A program made the translations under genes and the position numbers. From assembly GCA_004431415.1 (NCBI GenBank), contig QPMI01000124.1, forward strand, positions 1-34,495: DNA of 34,495 nt, written 5' to 3'. Positions 21,138-30,417 of this stretch are shown piece by piece. A model generated the notes under the pieces. The model searched no databases and was not told where the DNA came from. It saw only the letters and a program-made list of their open reading frames with translations. This stretch comes from Cyanophora paradoxa CCMP329 (Eukaryota > Plantae > Glaucophyta). Every line of letters begins with the position of its first letter. The first letter of the stretch is position 1.

Positions 21138-22144
21138 ATGCCTGTGGATTACATCGAGGTTAGCTCATTTAATACAATCTCTGGTGATGGTCCCACATCA
21201 AGCTTTGTGGCTCGACTCCCCAGTAGTTATGAGAATGTGAGGGCTGTGAGACTGGTCTCAGCCGAATTTTATAACAGCATCCCTATGGTGAGTGGTGAAA
21301 CCAAAGCAGGAGATGTCACAGTTGATAACACATTTAGTATTTATTATTCGGAACAAACTCCAGGAGCTGGAAGCTCAGGAATTCCAACAACTCGCCCAGC
21401 TGCTGATTTTGAACAATGGAAACAATTCATGGTAAATCGCGAGACCCCATCCAAAGCCACCAACAGCTGGTGAATGTAATCAACTCAAAATTCATTGGCA
21501 GAACTCCCCAACCATCCATTCGCTGCAAATGGGATGAGTCACTGAAACGAATTATATTCCACTCGGCAGTGCCTTTTTACCTGGCTTTCTCACTTGCTGT
21601 AAACCCAAGCCAACAAACAATCCAAAAGCTATTGAGTTCAGCTAGACTGCTTGGTCTTGATCCTGGAAGATATGGGAATTCCCAATCAAATCCCAAGTTT
21701 ATGATGCTCTCACTGATGGAATCTTTACTGATGGTCGAGTGAATGGCATTATATCTTCTTTTGAGCCTGAGAAGACCAGGGACAGTGTTTTGTTTGTGAG
21801 AGTAAAGGAGCTGGGTGATCTGGTTCAATGTGGGATGGTCTTCTGACTGGTTACTTTCATAAAATAGTGGTTCCTGACAAAGATTATGGTGAGCATGTTG
21901 TTTACAATTCAACAGAGGCTCATCCACTTTATAAATACTATAACAAAAGGTTGGATTATCCACTTTCTCGGTTGATATTGTTAATGCTGTAAATGAACCA
22001 ATTGATTTTGAGGGTCAACCTGTTCATCTGACCTTTGAAATTCGCTATGGTGATGAGCCAGCAGGAGACCCAGTTTATGAATACTTTAAGATGAGAATGT
22101 CGCAGCTTCACCCTTCCTATCCAGTTATTACAAGCTTCGCATAA
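21138..22144 (+). CDS. Minor capsid protein (penton) 2, several frameshifts
   Basis: N-terminal SSFVARLPSSYENVRAVRLVSAEFYNS, internal ARLLGLD, C-terminal FSVDIVNAVNEPIDFEGQPVHLTFEI; stop at 22142-22144. Confidence 0.68.
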
Positions 22145-22197
22145 ATTAAGGATCATTGGTAGATTTTTTATGTTGCAGTATAATAAAAGAGAATATA

Positions 22198-23564
22198 ATG
22201 GATATCACTTCCACTCTTCAAAGACTTTCGCTGAAAGAAGCCCTAACAACCCCAGAGGAGGCGAAAGCCTTTTTCCTGGATAACTCCCTTATGCTTGGTC
22301 TCGAATCCAAGTCTAAGCCAGTTCTAGTTGTTGTGAATCCCAGCAATACTTTTGAGAATAATGTTGGAAATCGCATTTCCTTCAAGCTACCTCGCTACAA
22401 TTTCTGTGGAAAACTCGAACTTGCTTTCGACCTTCCAGCCATCACTTTTGCTGGTGATACTGACCTAGTTCGCAATGGATACACTCGCCCAGTTGGTGCT
22501 TTAGTTCAGCGACTTGAAATTACCTATGGATCTTACACCTACCATATTCCATCTGATTTCCTTGCTCATTTCCCCTGGTCTATTATTCGGAGGATCAACT
22601 AGCTAAAAGAAGCGATCAATGGGCATGGTTCATGGCATTCCTGCTCATGGAACCAACCGCCTTGGTGGCTCATTTTTCGTTGAAATTCCTGTGCCTTGGC
22701 TAAATCACTACCTTCCCTTGGTGCTTTATCTGGTGAAATGGTTGTTACTGTTTGGTTTAAGGATGCTGGAAAGGGTTATGTTGAAACTTCCTATGGTGGT
22801 CGTGGTCTTACTGTTGCAGCAGCTGATGTAGATTATTCAAAGATGACGGTCTTGGAACTGCCCCTGCTGAAACTGTTCTGGCAAATGTTGGTCAAAACAT
22901 CACAGACTTTACTCTTGGTGCAACAACCCCTGTCATTTCTATTACTTCTCCTCGCCTTTACATGCATGCTATTAATGTTTCTGATGAGCTTTTCGCTACT
23001 GTAATTGAAAAAGTAAAGACTACTGGCATGGCTATTCCCTCCCTTGATATTGGATTTGTAGATGCTAGTGCTTTCCCTGCCAAGGGCAATGCCCAACCCA
23101 ATCGAATTAACCTCTCTCAAATCTCAGGTCTTGTTTATGCTCTGCTTGTTTCAGTTCGTGATAATGCAACTGTTGATAAATCCACTGGCTCCCACAGTGT
23201 TCTTAAGACCTATGCCAACTCCAAAGATATTACTTTCACTGTTGAAATTAATGGACAGCGACTTTATGCCACTGAGCCAATTTCCCTACTCAAAGGTGCT
23301 GAGCTAATTGCTGATGCCTTCAAATGCTCTAACATGGATAAGGTTGCTGATCGCTATGTCCTTTCAGGTTTAAGTTTCTGCATTGATGGAGAGAAGGCAA
23401 TTCGAAATATTGCCCAGTCTGGTTATGTCGATTTAACAAATTCCTCTTCTTCCTTCCTCACCCTCTACATGCCTTCAGATAAGGTAATCGATGTCAATGT
23501 TCGCGCTCTCATGCATAGCTATATAATTTTGGACAAAGATGGATTACGTCGTATAAATCTTTGA
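22198..23564 (+). CDS. Putative major capsid protein (double jelly roll), ~450 aa after correcting frameshifts
   Basis: Size, position between the pentons and the packaging ATPase, and beta-rich motifs ISFKLPR...LELAFDLP, FFVEIPVPW, INLSQISG.VY.L, VEINGQ, LSFC, SGYVDL. Confidence 0.65.
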
Positions 23565-23637
23565 TAACCTTACGATAAACAGTAAGGCATTTAAAGAAAA
23601 AATGATTATTTATTTTTGGAAACCTTTATAAAGTAAA

Positions 23638-24369
23638 ATGCCCCTCACAATTAATGAGTTTGTAGATCGTGCAAATGCCAAGCATAATGGTAAATTCGAT
23701 TATTCGAAGGTTCAATTTACAAAATGCAAGGATAAAGTTCTCATTTCTTGTCTGACTTGCAGTACAATATTTGAACAGCGTGTGGATCACCATCTAAGAG
23801 GGTCAAGCTGTAAAAAATGTAGTTTTCAGCGGTTGGGAAATGAACGCAGAAAAGAGCTGGAAACATTTATAGAGCAATCAAGAAAAACACATGGAGACAA
23901 ATATTGTTATAATAAAGTAGAATATGTGAAAGCTCACACACCAGTTTGTATAAGATGCAACTCTTGTAACAAAGAGTTCATGCAACCCCCAATCATTCAT
24001 ATTCGAAATACTGGTTGCCCATTTTGTAGATCTTCAAAAGGTGAGGAAGAGTTGTGCAAAGTGTTGGACTCCATTGGATTGGGGTATACACAACAACATA
24101 CGTTCAAAGATTGTAGAAATAAGTTTCCATTAAGGTTCGATTTCTATATTGATTCTCTTCGAATTGCAATAGAATATGATGGTATTCAACATTTCAAACC
24201 AAGAAAGTGGTTTGGTGCTGATAATGGTGAAGAGCAATTTAAACAGGTTCAAATTAATGATGGAATAAAAAATCGATACTGTGAAGCTAACAACATTAAA
24301 CTACTGAGAATCCCATACACTGAAACTGATATTGAGGGTTGCATTAAACGATTCCTATCTAACCTGTAA
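23638..24369 (+). CDS. Zn-finger (two DUF723-like repeats) plus PD-(D/E)xK endonuclease (Vsr/DUF559-like), homing-endonuclease-like
   Basis: Repeated HG.K..Y....Y...CxxC...H....CxxC, then SKGE...LRFDFYI...IAIEYDGIQH...D..K..YC....IKLLRIPY. Confidence 0.85.
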   Translation: MPLTINEFVDRANAKHNGKFDYSKVQFTKCKDKVLISCLTCSTIFEQRVDHHLRGSSCKKCSFQRLGNERRKELETFIEQSRKTHGDKYCYNKVEYVKAHTPVCIRCNSCNKEFMQPPIIHIRNTGCPFCRSSKGEEELCKVLDSIGLGYTQQHTFKDCRNKFPLRFDFYIDSLRIAIEYDGIQHFKPRKWFGADNGEEQFKQVQINDGIKNRYCEANNIKLLRIPYTETDIEGCIKRFLSNL

Positions 24370-24425
24370 ACCATATTCAGTCACCTTGCATTATTTTTAT
24401 CTGTTTCTTTATAGAAAGATACACA

Positions 24426-25169
24426 ATGCCAATACCAAGTTCTGATCTGGATGAATTTGTGGCTGGTGAAATGATAGAACCCCCTTTCAGACTACTCATA
24501 CTCGGAAAAAGTGGATGCGGAAAAACAGAAGCTGTAAAATATTATTTGAAACAGCTGCATGATGCCAAAAAGATTGATACAACACTTATTATATCCGCTA
24601 CCTCATTTTCACATTTTTGGGACAAAGCTGCTACTGTTCAACTGGGTGCATGGGATCCCCAATACATGTCGAAAATTATAAAAGAAAGAGAGGCAAAAAG
24701 GGAGAAAGGAGAAGAACTTAACCATATGCTGGTGATTTTAGAGGATATGATAGAAAATGACCAGCTGGATCTCAGTCGAGATAAAACAGTGGGAATGCTT
24801 TATGTTCGTGGCAGACATGTCAATATATCAATTATAACTATTTCCCAAAAATTAAGAAAGGTCGCAAGTGTTATTCGCTGCAATAGTGATATAGTAATTA
24901 TGGTTTGTGCAAGCAATCAAAAAGAGCTGGAAGCATTTGCAGAGGAGTTTTCGACTTTTCCTCGCAAAGAAGATTTCTATCAACTGTTTGAAGAGTATGT
25001 CCACTCATATCAATTCCTTGTTTATACATCTTTCAAGTATAATGTGGGCTACTATGTTGATAAAGCCGATTTAGTTGGAGATTTCGATTTTCCTCGCTTC
25101 CACAGGAAGCCCAAGAAGAAAGAAGATGAACTGAAACCACCAGAGAAAGAGGAAGCCCTAAAGAAGTGA
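24426..25169 (+). CDS. A32-like (FtsK/HerA) genome-packaging ATPase
   Basis: Walker A GKSGCGKT, Walker B LVILED, RGRHVNISIITISQ and IRCN motifs. Confidence 0.92.
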   Translation: MPIPSSDLDEFVAGEMIEPPFRLLILGKSGCGKTEAVKYYLKQLHDAKKIDTTLIISATSFSHFWDKAATVQLGAWDPQYMSKIIKEREAKREKGEELNHMLVILEDMIENDQLDLSRDKTVGMLYVRGRHVNISIITISQKLRKVASVIRCNSDIVIMVCASNQKELEAFAEEFSTFPRKEDFYQLFEEYVHSYQFLVYTSFKYNVGYYVDKADLVGDFDFPRFHRKPKKKEDELKPPEKEEALKK

Positions 25170-25247
25170 AAAGCCAAGTCCATAGCAATAAATTGATGCG
25201 ATATAAACGCGGTTTATAAAATTATCTCTCATTCTAATAAAGATACA

Positions 25248-25980
25248 ATGCCTCCCAAACGAAAGATAGGGATTCCAGCTGGGCTGTTGGCTATTCAGGT
25301 GGTGGAAACAATGGATCCATTAATACTGAACCAATGAAATTCAATGGTATGAATGAGGTGAAGCCCTCACAGCAAGAAGAAGACCCCTCAATGCTGCCTA
25401 TGAGGAATCAGTTGATGACAAAGCCCCACAGGCTTCAACCAGTGACCAACTCAATATATCACCAGAAGCTTCGAAAATGAAGGCTGTTGCTGAGGGTGCC
25501 AGGCGAATTATTGGAGCTGCTGATGATAAAGGTCTAGGCTTGCAAGATCTGTCATTGGCTCGCAAAGGTGAAGGTCTTAGTAAGGAATCAGACAAAGTAA
25601 TCCAGTCTATGGCTGGTGAAGTCACATATAAGACTGCTCCCACTCAAAATATTCATCGAATTCCCAAGGCTCAATGGGATGAGATGACTGCTAAACTCAA
25701 AGACCTGGAAGCCAAATCAAGTGCCTTGGAGCAGTATGTTACTGAGAAGAAAGAGAGAGCCAAGCTAAAGGAGATGCTTCGAAAGGAAGTTTATAAAATG
25801 GGCATTACTGGTGTCCCAGATAAACAGTTTATTGCTAAGAAAGAGACCCAAATCGATGAGCAGGCAGTAGATGAAATGAAAACAAAGACCCAGAAGGGAA
25901 CCATTGAACCTGGTGCCACTAAAGCTGAAGTAGAAAAGGGAGTAGCTCCCACAGTATATAAAAGACGAGTTTGGCTTTAA
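25248..25980 (+). CDS. Hypothetical charged/coiled-coil protein, frameshifted N-terminus
   Basis: ATG at 25248 (MPPKRK) follows TAATAAAG; the open frame 25477-25980 is K/E-rich. Confidence 0.5.
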
Positions 25981-26002
25981 TTTTCTCTGTTTTATTAGAG
26001 AC

Positions 26003-26257
26003 ATGGATATAATACGAAAGTTTATTGAGATGCTCAGTCTGCATGTGGTGAGCAATTGCCACAGTGGATGCTGTGACACAACAATAGAGTTTGAGATGTC
26101 AGATACTGAGGATAATGTATCTGAGGCAAGAGAAAGAAGGAGGTCAACAGTTTCAGTGGAATCAATGCCAGCAGACCCCACAGAGTATACATATGAGCAA
26201 CAGGAGTATCCAAGGAGAAGTTCTCTGCCAGCAGAAAACGTTTTCTCTGGAATATAA
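26003..26257 (+). CDS. Hypothetical protein
   Basis: 84-aa ORF tightly packed between neighbours; its stop abuts the next ATG (TAAATG). Confidence 0.5.
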   Translation: MDIIRKFIEMLSLHVVSNCHSGCCDTTIEFEMSDTEDNVSEARERRRSTVSVESMPADPTEYTYEQQEYPRRSSLPAENVFSGI

Positions 26258-26548
26258 ATGGAGGACACTATTAGTTTAATCGAGTTTACCAGTGATGAAC
26301 CTGTTACTGAGGGTTCTATTAGACACATTCTAGCAATGCAGAAACGATATAGAGAGGACCCAGAATATAGAGAGTATAAAAAGCAGCAAGCCCTGGCATC
26401 CTATTATCGCAGAAAAGCCAAAAAAGAGGAGCAGAGACCCAGAGGGAGACCGATTAAATATTATTTGCCTACTGATAGTAGCAATGGACCCCAGGTCTAT
26501 AAGATAATTGAGAAAAGCGGTCTCAGTATGCCACTGAGGCAGCTATAA
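26258..26548 (+). CDS. Small basic AT-hook DNA-binding protein
   Basis: RYREDPEYREYKKQQALASYYRRK...RPRGRPIKY. Confidence 0.6.
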   Translation: MEDTISLIEFTSDEPVTEGSIRHILAMQKRYREDPEYREYKKQQALASYYRRKAKKEEQRPRGRPIKYYLPTDSSNGPQVYKIIEKSGLSMPLRQL

Positions 26549-26581
26549 AAATATATACACAGGAGTTAGTGGCTTCATTGG

Positions 26582-26833
26582 TTAATCGCTAGTGGCTGCA
26601 ATAGAACGATTCATCAATTTGGTTAAAAGTCGCTTTCTTGTGGCAGAGCCTGAATGATTCTTTTTACCAATCGAAGGCATGTAGTTTGGATCAAGTGTCA
26701 TTGTCAATATGTCTTTCTCCAATTTCTGTCGAAACTGTTTGGTTCTTGTGTTGTCTGTATGATTGATGTTTATCCCTTTTGATTGAAGACTACTTTCGAC
26801 CATAGCATCTACCAATCCCTTATGTCCATTCAC
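26582..26833 (-). CDS. Hypothetical protein, start uncertain
   Basis: 83-aa ORF filling the gap between plus-strand genes; no motif recognised. Confidence 0.35.
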   Translation of the reverse strand: MNGHKGLVDAMVESSLQSKGININHTDNTRTKQFRQKLEKDILTMTLDPNYMPSIGKKNHSGSATRKRLLTKLMNRSIAATSD

Positions 26834-27057
26834 AATAGGATTTTCTCCAACTTGTCAAACAGAATTCCTCTTGCAGTTCGAGCAGCCATTACTGATCTGT
26901 AATTATATCTGATAAATATCAAGCTGCTTTCACCTAATCATTTTTTGTTGCCACAGTTTATAGACAGGAACTGGTGTTCGCAACAAAAATGACTTAAAGA
27001 AAAAGTAGATAGGTTGTATTGAGGAAAAATTATTTTCGTATCTACTATTAAAGAGAA

Positions 27058-27418
27058 ATGCCGAATATCCGCAAGATACTCACAGATGATGAAAAAGCAG
27101 AGAAGCTGAGACTGAAAAGGGAGCAAGATGCCAAAGAAAACGCGAAGCCTATCATAAAAAGAAGGAGGAACGATTATCCCAAGGAGCCGCTACAGTTCAC
27201 ACACCAGAAGAACTCAAAAAGATTGCCCTCAGACACCAGAGGAAATACAGGGAAAATGAAGAATATCGCGAGCAGAAAAAGGCAAAAGCGCTGGAATATT
27301 ACCACAAGAGAAAGATGAACAGCCCAAGAACCCAAAGAGCATAAACCGGTTGGAAGACCTCGGAAATATATCGAAGAATAAATTCTCGATCGACACAAAT
27401 TTTGTAGAAATCGATTGA
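27058..27418 (+). CDS. Basic AT-hook protein, paralog of 26258..26548, frameshifted
   Basis: Across frames it reads MPNIRKILTDDEK..., KYRENEEYREQKKAKALEYYHKRK, KPVGRPRKYIEE. Confidence 0.55.
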
Positions 27419-27596
27419 TCGGAGGCAAAAAAATGACAGCTTTCTTCCTCTTTTTTAAAACTGTACCTATATATCGAGACAGTATCCCGACCCAAAACTA
27501 CTTAAGGACTTGGCAAATAATAGGATATATATAAAAGACAATTCCTCCTTCCGAAATTATTTTCTTTGTTAAAGGTAGAAGTCCCCAAAATCGAAA

Positions 27597-30172
27597 ATGA
27601 ACAAAATCGAGAAATTCGCCACCCTGTTGAAAATGCTACATTCCTTAGTACTCTCATTGGTGATCGCAACAAGGTCACCCATGTATTTGATTCTGCTGAA
27701 GATGCCCTTGAAGCAATTGATAATAGCAAGGTCAAGACCTGGGCTGAATGCATTCAGCCTGAACAAGTGACCAGAGTTTACCTGGACCTGGATAAATTCG
27801 CTGATTTGAAGGAGAATATTGCTGATAACTATGCTGAGGCTGAAACTGTTGTAAGAGAGATGAGAGATAAGCTATGGAAGCGATCTGGGACCACTTCGAT
27901 TAACGATATTGCTGTTGCAGTTCGCCATAGAAGGTTTATTTGATCAAGGAGGATGTCACCAAGTTCAAGATCTCAGCCCACTTTATCATTAAATCGCTTG
28001 CATGCAAACATGAAGATATCCCCAAGCTTTTCAAAGCTATGGGATTGGTGAAAAATGAGGATTATGACAGTGGAGTTACAGCTCCACACAGAACCTTATC
28101 TGCCTCAATTGCTGCAAAGGTGAGACTCTGGATGCTCAAAATAAATCAAAGAAAGATGTTGATAAAAACGTTTGCTTTAAGAAATTCGTTGACTGTGACA
28201 AAGTGTTAATGCGAAATGAGGACTTCTTTGTATCTTTCTTCTCAGCTTCTACTAAACTTGTGGATGAATCGAATATTTCTGCATTCGCAAATTATAGCCC
28301 TGAGCCAAAACCAGTTAAAAAGGAGCCAAAAAGTGATAAAGTGAAGACTGAGAAGGTAGAAGCTGAAAAAGACACTGAACCCGACAATCCTGTTACTTTC
28401 GAACTGCTACAAAGTGTTATAATGGGTCTGAATGGTGAGAGAGCTAATGAGTATAAAACTTGGATTGATGTAGGACTGGTCATCATCAATGTTGGGGAAG
28501 ACAACAAGTTCACCCCTAAAATGCAAGCTGAACTCTTCCACCAATTCTCAGAACAGAGTGACAAGTATGATTATGATGAATGCCAGGAGAAGTTTACACA
28601 GCTTCGCAGAAGCAAGAAGAAGGCTGAGCCTGGCAAAGTGTTGACCTTCAAATCCTTGGTTTATTGGTTGAGCAAAGATAACAATGAGCTTTTCAAGGAA
28701 CTCTTCCCAAAAAGTATGCATTCCTACCAGAGGACACAGATGAAATCGATTACAAGACTGCAAGTATCCCTCCTTTGGCTGAACATTACAATGTGCATAA
28801 GAGGTATTTCAATGCTCGAATGCATCATGTTGAAAATGTTGGTTGTGTGATGCTCTGGGATGAACAACTACTTTGCTGGATGCCAAAGATATGGGAAGCT
28901 CTCTACAAAGCATTTCCCCATTTGATGCATAAGGTGATTGTCAATGAGGGAACAGATAATGAGAAAGAGAAATGGGAGCAATCATTTAGGAAATGGATTG
29001 TGATCCAACAGCCACAAGATCAACTTACATGGATTTCCTTCCCCCTCCTGCTACTCTCAGTGCAAAATGCAAGTCTGTATTTAATCTCTATCCAGGAATG
29101 AAGGTCGACCATCAGCAATTCGAAAATGCTCCAGAGGATGTAACTGCTGAGATGATTAAGCCTTCCTAGATCACTTGTCTTAATGTCTGGTGAGGATCAA
29201 AATACCTATGAATATCTATTGAAATGGTTTGCCCACATGCTGCAAAAGCCTGGGAACTCAATGGAGTATCCTTAATCTTCATTGGTGAACAGGGAACTGG
29301 TAAGAATGTGTTGGTTGATACTTTCCAAAAGAAGATACTTGGAGATGCCCTGAGTTATGCAACTGGAAAGCCAAAAGAGGATCTGTTTGGTCGATTTGCC
29401 CACAATAGAGAGGATAAGATCTTGATTGTTGTGAATGAAGCCTCAGGCAAGGACACATTCGAAAATAATGATATGCTCAAAGATCTCATTACTTCTGATA
29501 AGATGTTATTGAACACAAAGGATAGATTCATACACAAAAAGCAACTTTGCCAGGATATATTTACCAGCAATAATAACATTCCAGTGAAAATTGAAGCTGG
29601 AATAGGCGATTTGTGGTTGTTGAAGTTAGTAAGAAATTCGCAAAGGATAGGTCATACTTCTTCCACTTGTAAAATGGCTAAATGATCACTGCAATATTCG
29701 AAACATTGCCCACTATTTGAGAACCAAAGTGACTGTGAGGATGTGAACTGGATTGCTGATAGACCCCTTACAAATAAATACTATTTAGCCCAACAGGTGT
29801 GCGCTCCAATCATCCTTATGTTCACTAAGTGGCTTGTGGATCGAGGCTTAATTTCCGAGAATAAATGCAAGTCTGGTAGCCTTGTGGAAACCTGGAAATG
29901 GTTCCAGGATTCATTACCAGCAATAAATATAAAAACGATATAATAGTCGCAGGTATTATACTGAAATGAGAAGTGTGACATATATCCAAGTGAAAACTAC
30001 AAATGGTAAGCAATACTATCATTTCCTATTCCCACAAGTATTTGAGGAATTCAGAAAGATGAAGCTTGTAGATGATGAGACCATTGAGGAAGAAGCTAAT
30101 CCAAGGATGAAACAAGACCTACCTGCTGCTGATCCTGATGCATCAGATTATGATTCTGATGTTGAAGTTTAG
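27597..30172 (+). CDS. Primase-helicase: AEP/PrimPol + PriCT-2 + D5/NrS-1-like SF3 helicase, multiply frameshifted
   Basis: AEP motifs RVYLDLD and KISAHFI. PriCT-2 EYKTWIDVG...FSEQSDKYD. Helicase Walker A GEQGTGKN, Walker B IVVNEA and sensor IFTSNN. Confidence 0.85.
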
Positions 30173-30360
30173 GTTTACTCAAAAGTGACTCATGGTTGAC
30201 TCAAATTTATCATAAAAGACCAAACAGTCTTTTTATTTATGTTTATTTATCGATTAGGTTGACTAAGTGGGGGAGTTGACTCATTTTTTCACAGATTCTG
30301 AAAGAGGACTCTGCCCTAAAAAGAAATAAAAAGTGCCTCAACTCACCACTAAGTCCACTT
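30173..30360. promoter_or_regulatory. Intergenic cluster of short GTTGACTCA-like repeats with a small hairpin; candidate origin or protein-binding array
   Basis: GTTTACTCA, GTGACTCA, GTTGACTCA, GTTGACTAA and GTTGACTCA lie within ~120 bp. Stem ATAAAAGAC...GTCTTTT at ~30212-30235. Confidence 0.35.
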
Positions 30361-30417
30361 GCGTTTAAAATGCTCTAAAATACAATATCCCCTTAGAATA
30401 GGAACAAGTTAGGAATA

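Noticed and set aside
25202-25218. Small palindrome TATAAAC-GCG-GTTTATA after the ATPase as a hairpin terminator
   Set aside because: A single short AT-rich stem; comparable hairpins were not found consistently after other genes.
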